Source: Mustelus asterias
Taxonomy: Eukaryota
DNA: 64,000 bases
Reading direction: 5' to 3'
Assembly (NCBI RefSeq): GCF_964213995.1
Contig: NC_135813.1
Span: 60,884,001-60,948,000 of the forward strand
Part shown: positions 1-12,859 of the stretch, piece after piece
Layout of the letters: each line of letters opens with the position of its first letter
Numbering within the stretch: the first letter of the stretch is position 1
The notes under the pieces: generated by a model
What the model was told of the DNA's origin: nothing
The model's database searches: none
What the model saw: only the letters and a program-made list of their open reading frames with translations
Made by a program: the position numbers and the translations under genes

Positions 1-663
1 CTACCGTGCCACCCAATTGTGTTCAAATTAATTCATGGCATGTGAAATAGTCTGGAACTTTCTGAAACATGATAAGGAATTCTCTTGCTCGCTATTTAAA
101 CAAAATGTTCTTTCCACTATCTTGGTCCTTTATCACATGGAACGAAAGGACTGGGGGAAAGGAAGTTTTGAGTTGTGGTCATTATTTTTCTGAGAATTAT
201 ACAGTTCTCTTGTTTAGCAGGCAGGCAGATCTGATTGGTTGTTGCTGCCTTATTTTTTTACTGGTTGTTTAGTTTTGGTAACCATCCCTGCTGGAGGGTG
301 TTGGAACCACAATTTATATCCAGATTGTGTTCACTTGTTTTCAATAATTGAGCACTTTGGCTCCTGGAATCTGTTTGTTTTTATTTTTGAATGGCCCTGT
401 CTTATTGCGTCTGTGCCATCTCTTTTCAGGAGCAACTTTGTTACTCCCACAGTCCCACATGCTCCCTGTAACCCATCAATTATTCTTTTTGTTCACTTGT
501 TTATCCAATTCCTTTTTGCTAACCCAGTTGACTCTACATTGACTGCACTCTCAGGCAAATCTTAATCACTCGCCGTGTGAAAATGTCTCTCCGCATGCAG
601 TGTTTGCTTCTTTTGCTAATCGTCTTAATTTGCGAATTGGCATTTCTCCCTATCTACTCTATC

Positions 664-1165
664 TGCCAGGCAGGAGTGTTCCCTTCCTGTCGGGGAACGC
701 TTCAGCAGTCAAGGGCATTCAGCCTCTGATCTACGGGTAAGCGTTCTCCAAGGCGGCTTTCACGACACACGACAACACAGAATCGCTGAGCAGAAACTGA
801 TAGCCAAGTTCCGCACGCATGAGAACGGCCTCAACCGGGATCTTGGGTTCATGTCACACTATCTGTAACCCCCACAACTTGCCTGGGCTTGCAAAATCTC
901 ACTAACTGTCCTGGCTGGAGACAATTCACACCTCTTTAACCTGTGCTAAACCCTCTCTCCACTCACATTGTCTGCACCTATAAAGACTTGATTACCTGTT
1001 AAGACTCACATTCCAACCATTATCTTGTAATTGAGTTTGTGTCTATATATGCCCTGTTTGTGAACTGAACTCTTCACTCACCTGATGAAGGGGCAATGCA
1101 CCAAAAGCTCGTGCTACCAAATAAACCTTTTGGACTTTAACCTGGTATTGTGAGACTACTTATTG
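664..1165 (+). mobile_element. Penelope-like element 3' fragment (GIY-YIG C-terminus plus pLTR)
   Basis: ..PVGERFSSQGHSASDLRVSVLQGGFHDTRQHRIAEQKLIAKFRTHENGLNRDLGFMSHYL*; degenerate hammerhead at about 1077-1113; TSD tactct(a/g)tc at 655-663 and 1166-1174 inside a CR1 fragment. Confidence 0.8.
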
Positions 1166-1174
1166 TACTCTGTC

Positions 1175-2480
1175 AAGACCTCTCACCGTTCTGAGCACCT
1201 CTATCAATACTCCTTTCAACCTTCTCTTCCCTAGGGAGATGACATGCAGCTTCTCCAATCTCTCTTCATAACTGAAGTCTCCGGAACCATTCTCATAAAA
1301 CTTTTGTACATCCTCTTGAAAGCTTTCACATCCACCCAAAAGTGCCCTGCCCAGAGCTGGGCACAATATTCCAGTTGAAGCCAAAACAGTGGTTTATAAA
1401 GTTTCATTGTAACTTCCTTGGTTTTGTACTCTCTGCCTCTTTTTGAAAAGCCGAGGATCCCACATGGTTTTACACCACTTTATCAGCCTGTGCAACTACA
1501 TTCAACAATCTGAGCACATATATCTCGAGATCTATCTCTTCCTCCACTACCTCTGGCATTGTGCCCTCTATTTTGTATTGCCTCCTCTCATACTTTTCAC
1601 TAAAATGTACCACCCTGTAACTCACTGCATTGAATTTAGCCTGTCATGTGTCTGTCCATTGCACCAGCCTGTCTATATCCTCTTGAAGTCTGTCACTATT
1701 CTCTTCACAGTTCGTGATACTTCCAAGTTTTTGTCATCTGAAAATTTCAAAGTTGTGCCCTGCACACTCCTTCCTCCAGTCTGAAAAACGGCTGTTCACC
1801 AATGCTTTCTCTTTCTTGTAATGCAGCAACTTTGTAACCATGCTGCTATTGACTGTTTTATTCTGAGTGCAGGATTTTCTATACCCTCCCCCATCCCAGC
1901 AGAGGTGGCCCATCATTGGTCAGAGACAGATCTTCCAGCCCCGCTGTGTCAAAGGGGTTTCCTGTTGTTTGCAGTTTCTGCTACTGTGGAACCATAGCAG
2001 CGGGTCACCGTTGGCAGGACTGGAAGATCCCACCAGTGGGAATGGCTGGAAAATCCTGCCCTTAGAAGTGCAGTGCCCAGAATTAGACATAGTACTCCAG
2101 TTGAGCCAAGCCTGTGTTTTATAAAAGTTCATCATAATGTCCTTGGTTTTGTACTCTTTGCCTCTATTTAAAAAGCTTATATGACTCTTCAACCATTTTC
2201 TCAAGCAGCCCAGCCACCTTCAACAATTTGAGCACAATGGACTTCAGATTTGCTGACAAGCCTGTTATGCAGCATTTTAGCACACCCCTTTTGGAAGTCC
2301 ATATACACCACGTTATTCTCATTAACTCTCTGTTAGCTATTCAAAAAACTCCATCAAATTAGTTGAACTTGACTTGTCTTTAACAAATCCACAAAGGCTT
2401 TCCTTAATTAATCCACGCTTGTCAAATTTTGTCCGGGTCATTGTTTCAAATACCTTCCCTACCACCAAGGAGAACCTGAC
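1175..2480 (-). mobile_element. Decayed CR1-type LINE fragments, interrupted by a MITE at about 1866-2061
   Basis: SYEERLEKL...RRLKG.LIEV; YKPV..S.VVGKVFE...GFVK.KS..TNLMEFFE RT motifs. Confidence 0.75.
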
Positions 2481-2934
2481 TGGCTTGTAGTTGCTGTGGT
2501 TATCCTTGCACCCTTTCAAATAAACAATTTTACCCTTAACTGTCAATCCACCCCTCTCACTTGTCAATGTTGAGCACTTTCAATTGCATCATCTGCCCCT
2601 CTTTACCCCACTGATTTGACTTTTTTGCAGTAACCATAGTGACATCTTCCCCTGATAGAAGACAGTGATATGCTGACGGAAGATGAGAAACAGGGACACG
2701 ACACAGAGCTGCGTTTAAAATTGCAGTTTGAACTTACCTTCTAATACTTTTTCGATCAGAAAGCCCATCTGACTTTGAATCTTTACCCCTTCTATAAAGT
2801 TCCAAAGCACTTTAAGCTTCAGTCAGAATGACTGCTGATGCTGTTTTCTCCACGACAATTCATACCCTGATGATGCTAAGTTGGCAAGCGGTGGCCTCAG
2901 AAAGGTAGTTTGGAAGGGCTAAAATGCTACACGC

Positions 2935-3548
2935 TTTATTTATTTGTCACAAGTAGGCTTACATTCACACTGCAATGAAGTTACTATGAAAATCCCCTAG
3001 TTGCCACACTCTGGTGCCCGTTTGGGGGACCACTGAGGGAGAATTTAGCATGGCCAATGCACTTAACCAGACGTCTTTGGACTGTGGGAGGAAACCGGAG
3101 CACTCAGAGGAAACCCACGCAGATGCAGGGAGGAACGTGCAAACTCCACACAGCCAACGATCCAAGCCGGGAATCAAACCCAGGTCCCTGGCGCTGTGAG
3201 GCAGCAGTGGTTAGCACTACTGCCTCACAGCGCCAGGGACCCCGGGTTCAATTCTGGCCTCGGGTCACTGTCTGTGTGGAGTTTGCATGTTCTCCTCATG
3301 TCTGCGTGGGTTTCCTCCGGTTGCTCCAGTTTCCTGCCACAATCCAAAGATGTGCGGGTTAGGTTGATTGGCCGTGCTAAATTGCCCCTAGTGTCAGGGG
3401 ATTACCAGGGTAAATCTGTGGGGTTATGGGAATAGGACCTGGGTGGGGTTGTGGTCGGTGCAGGCTCAATGGGCCAAATGGCCTCCTTCTGCACTGTAGG
3501 GATTCAATTCAATGATTCAGTGCTAACCACTGTGCCACCGTGACACCC
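2935..3548. mobile_element. Two HE1/V-SINE-like SINEs: a + copy (about 3205-3517) nested in the head of a - copy
   Basis: tRNA-like head (TGGTTAGC...GGTTCRATTC); the host head resumes at about 3518 after cagtg. Confidence 0.85.
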
Positions 3549-4597
3549 ATAATTCTGTTGTTTTGGCAGGAACATGTTGAGCATAGCACCAGCACTTTGT
3601 ACCTGATCTGAGAGATCCAAAAATGGAAAACAGTTGTGTCCTCTACAGCTAACATTCCTCGCACCAAAGAGCAAAACGATTCACAATTTAAGTTGAGATT
3701 TTCAGACCACAGATACGTGTACAATGTGGGAATCTTTGGCTCGAATTTCTTTGGAGCTGTTTCCACATTTCATCAGAAAACTGGTGGTAGCCCTAGTTAA
3801 TGCCCATGAATGGAATTGCACTCGAGGCCAGAATAGCAAGGAGGCAGAGTTCCTGAAGGGTTGTTGGGATGGGGAGAGGAAAGGGAGTATTTTGAACACA
3901 AGGAGGGGAATTCAAAATTTGGGAGTTGGTTGCACCTGCTAAGTGTCTCCCTGTGTCACAACAGACTCATGGAATGAGCAGAAGGCTGGAATCTTCCAAT
4001 TGTTCATGCCCAACCGCTGCTGCAAGCAAGGATGGAGAATTTGGCACTCAGCCAAATCTCCATTCATTGCAGCGGGACTGGAAAATCCCATTGGCGTGAA
4101 TGGCTGGTAAATTCCATCCTAAATGTTTATTCCAAGCACCCTGCCAATGGTGTTCTAACAAACCTTGTTTCGTGTCCCAGCAATGACAATAGTCCATGTT
4201 GTCAGGATCATTTCAAATTGGCTTCCAATTTGAGATGCCATTGCCTGGTTGTTATGTGAAATTAGATGCTGGTGCAATAGTGGATGCTCTTTCAAGATAT
4301 TGGTTCAGGTGCATTTTTCGGGTGTTTAATTTTTTTGTATACCTGACGGGGGTGCAAGCTGTTTACATGGAGAAGGTGCTCCACTCCCAACATTGCTTGT
4401 AGTCACCAACATTAAATATTCACCAAAAATAACCTGCAGTGTAACTTAGAAAAGGAGAATATGGTGAGCACAATAGTTTAGTATATGTGAATTGTGAAGA
4501 TTCCTTGCTGCTGGGATAAGCTGGAGCCTTGTCTGGTCCCTGTCATGTCTTAGCTCTTTGAGGAATTCCAATGTCTAAAGGTTATTTTTTGTTTCAG

Positions 4598-4694
4598 GAT
4601 GTGGAAAAGGAATATGTGGGATTCGCTACACTTCCCAACCAAGTCCATCGCAAATCAGTGAAAAAAGGTTTTGACTTTACGTTAATGGTAGCAG
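4598..4694 (+). CDS. SEPTIN5: Septin-5 coding exon ([32 protein letters not shown])
   Basis: ttttgtttcag acceptor, GTAAGA donor, 97 nt; polybasic region of SEPT2-group septins. Confidence 0.96.
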
Positions 4695-4851
4695 GTAAGA
4701 ATACTACTTGCTCACACTTCTCAAAACCTACAGAACAAAATAACTGTCATCCCATAATGGTGACTGAAACTAACATAGAAGTTAATTCATTTTGACCTGC
4801 ACATTGGTTTACTGTTGCTCTAAGCTTAGAGGGTAAAGAAATGGAGAAAAT

Positions 4852-5060
4852 GGACAAATTTCTCTGCCCTCTCAGCCACGTGTTTCCTGCCGGCAGGAGG
4901 TGGCGCGTTGTTTGCCAGCGGCAGGATTTTCTGGTCCCGCCGCTGTCGATGGGAGTTTCCATTGATGTCACCCCACGTTAGCGGGAAACCCACGGGCAGG
5001 TGTGCGCTGCCAGCGGGACCAGAGAATCCCGCCAGCGTGAGTGGCCGGAGAATTCCAGCC
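4852..5060. mobile_element. Palindromic PIF/Harbinger-type MITE
   Basis: Nested inverted repeats; 3-bp TSD AAT (4849-4851 and 5061-5063). Confidence 0.6.
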
Positions 5061-5177
5061 AATGTATCATAACTTCAGCATAGATCCTGAGGAATAGGTA
5101 TAACATGAAAATAATAGAAAATTGGTGTTGTCTAGTTTTTAAAATAATCCAAAGTATACTGTTTTAAATAAGTTATT

Positions 5178-5545
5178 CTTTTATGGGATGTGGGTGTTTC
5201 TGGCTGGGCCAACATTTGCCCATCCCTAATTCTCCTTGAACTGAGTGGCTTGCTACAGCATTTTGAAGGCAGTTAAGAGTCAATCACATTGTTGTGGGCC
5301 TGGAGTCACATGTAGGCCGGACCAGCAGATGTCCTTCTCTAAAGGGCATTAGTGAAACAGATGGGTTTTTGCAACAATCATTTCATGGTCACCATTACAG
5401 AGATTAAATTTTCAATTCCAGATTAACTGAATTTAATTTACACCAGTTGTCCTGGCAGGATTTGAACTCTTGTCCCCAGATCATTAGCCTGCACCTCTAG
5501 ATTACCACTCCAGTGATATTACCACTGTGCCAGCATCTTCCCAGT
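5178..5545 (-). mobile_element. Second tRNA-derived SINE family; related copies near 15483, 21103, 28110, 30335
   Basis: tRNA-like head on - strand; 3' end (gggatgggcaa..atg.tggcccagccag..cccacatccc) shared with the LINE at 10095-10960. Confidence 0.7.
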
Positions 5546-5921
5546 AGCGCACTCTAGGAACTGTTGCTTTGGTCAAAATCTGTGCAGGAGAAGTCATGGA
5601 CTCTGTTTATGAAAGCGCTTCATGTGGTCTTAATTGAGAATAAAAAAATCTTTTGTTTTTTAAATTCATTCTGGGGATGTGGGCATCATTGGCAAATCAG
5701 ACATTTTTGCCTATCCTCAGATACCCTAGAGAAGATGGTGTACTGCTTTCCTTTGAGTTACTGCTCTCTGTGTTGCCGGCACTCACATGTTCGGTTAGAA
5801 GTTCCAGAATTTTGACCCAGTGGTGAATAAGTGGTAACATGTGTCTGGACGGTGTTTGTCTTGGAAGGGAGCTTGGAGGTGTTGGTGCTCCCATGAAACC
5901 TACTGTCTGCCTCTTTCTAGG

Positions 5922-6096
5922 AGTTTGTGTCTTTATATGCCCTGTTTGTGAACAGAATTCCCACTCACCTGAAGAAGGGGCTTGGGGCTCCGAAAGCTTG
6001 TGTGGTTTTTGCTACCAAATAAACCTGTTGGACTTCAACCTGGTATTGTTAAACTTCTTACTGTGTTTACCCCAGTCCAACGCTGGCATCTCCACA
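5922..6096 (+). mobile_element. Solo Penelope-like pLTR with intact hammerhead core
   Basis: Homologous to 1033-1165; 10-bp TSD TCTTTCTAGG (5912-5921 and 6097-6106). Confidence 0.8.
5965..6003 (+). ncRNA. Minimal type I hammerhead ribozyme motif
   Basis: CAC-CUGAAGA-a-GGGGC(uuggg)GCUCC-GAAA-GC-UU|GUG; all core nucleotides present, short palindromic stem III. Confidence 0.65.
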
Positions 6097-6291
6097 TCTT
6101 TCTAGGTACACAAGGTTGCAGTTTTAGGATGCTCTGTTAGAAGAAACCTTTGTGGGTTGCTGAAGTGGATCCTGTAGCCAGTACAGTACACACTGCAGCC
6201 ATGATACACAAATGCAGAAGGAGAGTGGATTGAAAGTAAACATGGAATAATGTTTCAGAGGGTAAATACATTAATAGACAATACAGCTAAC

Positions 6292-6509
6292 TGTTATCTA
6301 TGCCCCGATGGACTAAGGGAGCATAAAGTATCGTAAGGGAGGCTTGGTAACTTGAACACTGGGAGCTCTTTATTAGAAGTGTGCACTGTTCCACAAACGG
6401 ATCTCACACTCTCCAACTGAGTGAGGTTAATTGCCCAGGGGTCACCCCTGACCCGCACTCTTAAAGGGCAGTCTGCACCCCAAACCCCAACATATATGCA
6501 TATATCACA
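6292..6509. mobile_element. Solo LTR (218 bp)
   Basis: TGTTAT...ATCACA termini; 5-bp TSD CTAAC (6287-6291 and 6510-6514). Confidence 0.7.
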
Positions 6510-6771
6510 CTAACCACCTCAGAAAGATAGGAAAAGGTGAACACCTCAAGGTTAGGTGATTTTGAAGGGTCTTGTGTGACAAATATTTCACATCACTGCT
6601 TCTGTCAAAGTTGGTGGTATTTCAAAACAGAAAGTGCTGAAAAGGAACCAACAGCCAGGAAGCAAAAGACAACGTGATTCTCCCAGTCCACTGTTCTAAG
6701 TTTGTTAAATCAGTGGAACCCTCAGTGAACCAGTCTGAACATCCATCTTTAGCCATTTCTGCTCTATCTAC

Positions 6772-7762
6772 TAAACTGTAATGAAATTGTAGAATGATAC
6801 AGCCGAGAAGCAGGCCCTTCTGCCCATAGTGCCAGTGCTGGCTCCCTGCAAGTGCAGTCCAATTAGTCCCATTTCCCTGCTCTAACCCTGCAAACTTTTT
6901 TTCTCTTCACATATTTTTCTATTCCTTTTTGAAAGTTATTATTGAATCTGACCTCCTGCCATTGTTTAGTCCCATATGATTTCCGAGCCAGGATGCTTTG
7001 AGTCAAACTTCTCATGGGGAAACTTAATTATGATCATATAACATATTTATTGTAACTAATAATAAGGAATATGGGTGTGAAATTCAATGTTGGTGGGGAT
7101 ATAAAGCAGGCGGTATTCAATTTTTTGCGAATTTTATGCTTTGTCCGATGTTAAGTTCCATTGACTTCAAAAGAACTGAATATCCAGAGTGTCATAGAGC
7201 AGTCAGAATAATTCCAATGTGCTTGTTGCGTTTCCCAACCCATGTCCACTTTCACCCCATTTTGACTGTACAGTGCTGGTGACGGCTGTTGAATGTTATC
7301 AAGCTGCTACCTTTCAAACATTTTTATTTATTTTGACATGAAGAGAGACTTTTATAAGATCCTTTATGCAAGATTTACGGTCAATCTGAAAGTTCATGGA
7401 GAAAGTCAGAACTTGTAAACTTTACATGGACCACAGTCTATTGCTGTTCGTTTGAAGTTCTTTAATTTGAATGGTTATATCTTTCAGTTTTGCACTAAAA
7501 AAACATCCAGTACTGTTTGATTACAGCCACTTGTTTTGAATTCCTGGCTGGGTATAAAAAAATCGGATTTGACCGTAAACTATTAAACTGTAATAAAATT
7601 GGAGAATGATACAGCAGAGAAGCAGGCCCTTCTGCCCATAGTGCCAGTGCTGGCTCCCTACAAGTGCAGTCCAATTAGTCCCATTTCCCTGCTCTAACCC
7701 TGCAAAAGTTTTTTCACTTCACATATTTTTCTATTCCTTTTTGAAAGTTATTATTGAATCTG
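6772..7762 (+). repeat. Local 179-bp direct duplication (6772-6950 and 7584-7762)
   Basis: Near-identical copies of a CR1 3' end plus its flank. Confidence 0.9.
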
Positions 7763-8549
7763 CTTCCACCACCCTTTTAGACAAAGTACTCCAGATCGGA
7801 ACAACTCACTGTCTAAATTTTCTTGTCCACACCTCATCTTTTGTTTTGAATGAATTACCTTAAATCTGTGGACTATGGTTACCAGCTTTTCTGCCATTAA
7901 CTGGAAACATTTTTCTTATTTAATCTACCAAACCCTTCATGATTTTCAGCATATCTATCAAACTTTCACTAACCTTCTCTGCTCTAAGGATAACAATAAT
8001 GGGCCTTCCCTGGAATTGAGGACCATGATGGTGGGAGTACTGCCCACCGAGTACTGCCAACCAGTCAGAGGCAGGCAGTTCCTTATTGCCATCAGTGCCA
8101 CTGAGAATGGTGGCAACTGCAGGCATGCACCTACCAAATACCGATGATCACTGAGTGACTCCAAACCAAAGACCAATGAGGGGAATGGGGGTTGCAAAGT
8201 GTGGTGGGGGGGGGGAGGGGTGTCATAGGCGAGGGAGAAACAGGGGTGTTGGAGGCATGGCCTGGGCCTTTCAGTGGTTCCCATCAGGTGGGTCACTGAG
8301 TCGGCACAGAGTGAAATCTATCCTCATATCCTTGTCACCAACCCTTAGCCTCCCCTCTCCTGTGACCCACACCCTGCCACCTCCATTGGACCTGGAGTCC
8401 TAATATAATCTTGGGCTTTTCTTAGGTGCACTGCTGCATGAAGAGCTGCCAGCCTTTGATTGGCTGATAGATCTTGGAGGGTGAGACTTACGCTTCTTAA
8501 ATTATGAAGAAGCCCTGATGGTGGCCACTTATATTAACTGAAAGACACT

Positions 8550-8892
8550 TCATAGAACCATAGAATGATGAACCATAGAATTCCTACAGTGCAGAAGGAA
8601 GCCATTCGGCCCATCGAGTCTGCACTGACCACAATCCCATCCAGGCCTATTCCCATAATCCCATGCATTTACCCTAGCTAGTCCCTCTGACACTAAGGTC
8701 AATTTAGCATGGTCAATCCACCTAACCTGCACATCTTTGGACTGTGGAAGGAAACTGGAGCACCTGAAGGAAACCCACGCAGACACGGGGAGAACGTGCA
8801 AACTCCACACAGACAGTGACCCGAGCCAGGAATCGAACCCAGGTCCCTGGCGCTGTGAGACAGCAGTGCTAACCACTGTGTCACCGTGCGCA
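8550..8892 (-). mobile_element. HE1/V-SINE-like SINE, CR1-type tail
   Basis: Full head and core with catagaa-type tail repeats. Confidence 0.85.
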
Positions 8893-9234
8893 CTCGATTC
8901 CATTGGCTCTCCCCCACAGAACTGATGGGATTCCCGGCCTGTTCTCTGACCAGTGGGTGAGACCCCTGTCAGTCTGACAATATCCTGGCCATTGCCCATC
9001 CTCGCTGTTATCAAAATGAATCACTTCATAATTCACTGCATTCATTTCATTCCCCATTTAACAAAATAAAGAGAGTTTGAGTTGGGTGTGCTTCAAAGAA
9101 CGGGTTACAATGATAAATCTGAGTGTTAAATAGACAAACTGGTTTGTGAACAATTTTTCTGATTGTGAGGTGTATTTGAGGAAATTAACTCCCCTTCGAA
9201 TGGTGTTTGAAATTCTTTGTTGTTTCTTCCACAG

Positions 9235-9321
9235 GAGAGTCGGGGCTGGGAAAGTCCACTTTGGTCAAGAGTCTCTTCCTTACAGATCTTTACAAAGACA
9301 GGAAACTTCTCAACGCTGAAG
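9235..9321 (+). CDS. SEPTIN5: Septin-5 exon with P-loop ([29 protein letters not shown])
   Basis: ttccacag / GTAAGA; G1 motif GxxGxGKS; phase 1-1 fits neighbouring exons. Confidence 0.97.
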
Positions 9322-10094
9322 GTAAGAGCTGAGTGGTATTGCTGTGATACATAAAATAGACGTTGCTATGGTGTGGCTGCCATTTTGGACTAAATACATA
9401 CATTTGCCTTCAGCAAAACACCACCTGAAGATGATGGGTTGTGCGAAGTTCTATCTTATATGCCTGTGCCATTTCTGGTGCCACCCTTCCTGGGGAATGG
9501 CTGAGTTATAGAAGAACAGTGTCCTGCAGCTGCTTATTTGATTAATCAGTGCCCACTCCATAAATCTTTAATACCCTGTCCTCTAGTCTGTGGGGCTGAT
9601 CCAGCCTGCTTGTCTTTCTTTGGGAGTCTTGGCCTGGACCTGTACAATGGTCCCTATTTTTGTTGACTGGAAGAGCTGTATTCCAGCTTTTATCCAAAAC
9701 ACTGGCTTCCTGATGGATCCCAGGCCTTGACTATGAAAACGTCTGGTCTGGGACTGCCGCACCCTCCCCAACAGTCCCCCTCACATCTCCTCACTGCACC
9801 TATTTGAAGTAGGGCGGCACTTATGCACTGTTTGGAGGCTTCTGCCAAAATTACACATTTAATAATTGGTTCAGGAAAAGTATAGTGTCAGAGGACTGGA
9901 GGATAGCAAACGTTCTACTTATATTAATGATGGGAGACAGAAGACTTGCAGGGAACTATCGACTAGTCAGCTCATTATCAGTAATCTAGAATCTGTAATG
10001 AAGAATAAAATAGAAAACTATTTAGGAACTAAAAGTATAATAATGAATTGTTAGCATGGATTTCAAGAGACTCAACTCATTGAATTATTTGAAG

Positions 10095-10960
10095 AGGCTG
10101 GGAATTCTGCAGTAAGTAACTCACCTCCTGACTCCACAAAGCCTATCCATCGCCATCTACAAGGCACAAGTCAGGAGTAGTCTCCATTTCCCTGGCTGAG
10201 TGCAGCTCCAACAACACTCAAGAGGCTCGGCATCATCCAGGTCAGAGCAGCCCGTTTGATAGACGCCCCATCCACCACCTTCAACGTTGACTCCCTCCAC
10301 CATTGACGCACAGTGGCAACAGTGTAACATCTACAAGATGCACTGCAGCAACTCACCAAGGTTCCTTTGACAGCACCTTTCAAACCCATGCTGTCTACCA
10401 CCTAAAAGGACAAGGGTAACAGATAGAATCATAGAATCCCACAGAACAGAAGGAGGCCATTTGGCTCATCGCGTCTGCACTGCTCATAATCCCACTCAGG
10501 CCCTATCCCCATAACCCCATGCATTTACCCTAGCTAGTCCCCCTGACACTAAGGGGCAATTTAGCATGGCCAATCTAACCTGCACATCTTTGGACTGTGG
10601 GAGGAAACCGGACCACCTGGAGGAAACCCATGCAGACATGGAGAGAATGTGCAAACTCCACACAGACAATGACCAAGCTGGGAATCAAACCCGGGTCCCT
10701 GGTGCTGTGAGGCAGCAGTGCTAACCGTGTATGGAACATCACCATTTGCAAGTGCCCCTCCAAGCCACACTGACTTGAAAATGTATCACCATTCCTTCAC
10801 TGTCGCTGGCTCAAAATCCTGGAATTCCTTCCCTAAGCATTGTGGGTGTACCTAGACTACAGTTCAAGAAGGCAGCTCACCACCATTTTCTCAAGAGAAA
10901 ATGAGGATGGGCAATAAATGCTAGTCTAGACAGTGATGCCCACCTACATAAATATAAAAA
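10095..10960 (+). mobile_element. CR1/L2-group LINE 3' fragment with a nested HE1-like SINE (about 10422-10728, -)
   Basis: THLLTPQSL..IYKAQVRS...AAPTTLK.L..IQ..AARLI; other copies near 27560, 48830, 54700. Confidence 0.75.
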
Positions 10961-11783
10961 GAGAATAAATAAATGAACAGAGAGAATAACATAGTAGATG
11001 TAATTTATCTAGATTTGCAAGACACCTTGGATAAGATGCCACATAATAATCTAATTAATAAGGTTAGTGTATGCAGAGTTGAGGAACAGGCACGTGAATG
11101 GATTGCTATCTAGTTACAGCCAGAAAGCAGAGCTTTGGGGTAAAGTGGAAGAAATGGGGTCCTGCACATATCAGTGCTGGGACTCAGCTACTCACAATTT
11201 TTATTAACGTTTTAGACTTTGGAACCACAAACACAATTTTTAACTTTGCAGATTGCAACAAATAGGGGGAGAGAGAATAGTCAGCACTGAGGAGGTCTGC
11301 AAAAAAGATATTTTTTAAAATAATAAGCTTTAAGAATGGGCATATGATTGGCAACTGAATTTCAACACAGATAATTGTGAGACATTAAACTTTGGTGAGA
11401 AAAACAGGAAGTCACATTTTACTTGGGAATTAAGAATTTAAATGGGGTAGAAAAACAAAGGGATTTGGGAGTGCAAATACACCAATCACAAAGTAGCGAC
11501 ATCAATGAACAAGGGTTTAAAAAGGCAATGCAAACACAGGGTTTATTTCTAGATGGAGAGAGGGATTGATTTAAAAAGTACAGATATGTGCTACAGTTGT
11601 ATCAAATCTTGGTTAGAAAACACTTGAAGTACCGTGTACAGTTCTGAATGACATATTATAAAAAGAATATAGAGGGGCCGGACAGAGTACAGAAATGGTT
11701 CACGAGGGTCATAACAGAAAACAGAATGCTCAGGAGTGACATGATTAAGGTCTTTAAAATTATGAAAGGATTTGATGGAGTAG

Positions 11784-12027
11784 TGTAAAGACTCAGGAAG
11801 CCCAACTGGAAGGGAAATTAGTTCATTACAAAATGCAAAGTAAACCCACTACCGTGGTGTACACACACTCGTCCCTGCTTGGGACTGCAGGGCCTGCTTT
11901 ATATAAGGCTCCGGTAATGAGTTTCAGCTGGGCAGGCCACTGCCTGTTACCAGGGGAACTCCCACTCAATGAGCCCCACAGGGAGATCAATCTGTGATTC
12001 CCTGTGCACCTCATGGGGGTTATCACA
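11784..12027. mobile_element. Solo LTR (244 bp) inserted into a CR1 fragment
   Basis: TGT...ACA termini; 5-bp TSD AGTAG (11779-11783 and 12028-12032); removing it rejoins CR1 (gatggagtagacacagagaggatgtttcc). Confidence 0.8.
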
Positions 12028-12859
12028 AGTAGACACAGAGAGGATGTTTCCACTTGTGGGGAAGAACAAAACCAGAGGCCATCAATCTACAATAGTCACT
12101 ATGAAATCTAATAGCAAATTCAGAAGAAATGTCAGTACCCACACAGTGGTGAGAAGGTGACATTTTCTACCAGAGTTGAAGTGAATGATATGGATACATT
12201 TAAGGGGAGGTAGCAGAAGGCAGTAGTGGGCTATGTTGATAGAATCACAAAATGGTTGTAGGAGGCCATTCAGCCTATCATGTATGCTAGCTATCTATAA
12301 GAGCCACTCAGCTAGTCCCAATCCATTGCCATTTTCCCATAGCCCTTTTATCTTCAGATAATTATTCAATTTCTTTTGAAAGCCACACTTGAACCTGCTT
12401 ACACCACACCCTAAGGCAATGTATTCCAGATTCTCGACACTTAAGATTTTTCCTCATGTCACCATTGCTTCCTTTGCCAATCATCTTAAATGTGTGTGCC
12501 CTCAGCACTTCCGCCAATAGGGATGGTTTCTCCCTATCTACTCTCTCCAGCTCCCTTGTGGTTTTGAACACCTTTATCCAGTCTCCTCTTAAATTTCTCT
12601 TCACTCAAGAGAACAGATCTTCTCCAATCTATCCATGTAACTGAAATCTCTCATTCCAGAACCATTCCCATTTACTAGATGAGGATGGATGGGAGGATTC
12701 TTAAATGGGGCACAAACATTGACATGGATTTGTTGGGCTGAATGGCTTGTTTCAATGCTGCATTTTCTCTGTAATAGAAACCTCCTGCTAAACAGATGTA
12801 AAATATTCTGGATGCTGGAACGCTGAAATAAAAATGAAGTATTCAGCAGATCAGACAGC

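Noticed and set aside
4571-4597. In-frame ATG (MSKGYFLFQ) upstream of the first SEPT5 exon
   Set aside because: It runs through the pyrimidine tract and acceptor; the real N-terminus should come from upstream exons
1-4597. SEPT5 first exon or 11-nt micro-exon
   Set aside because: No convincing AG...GT-bounded candidate found (gatgagaaacag near 2682-2693 lacks a GT donor); probably outside the window, though I could have missed it
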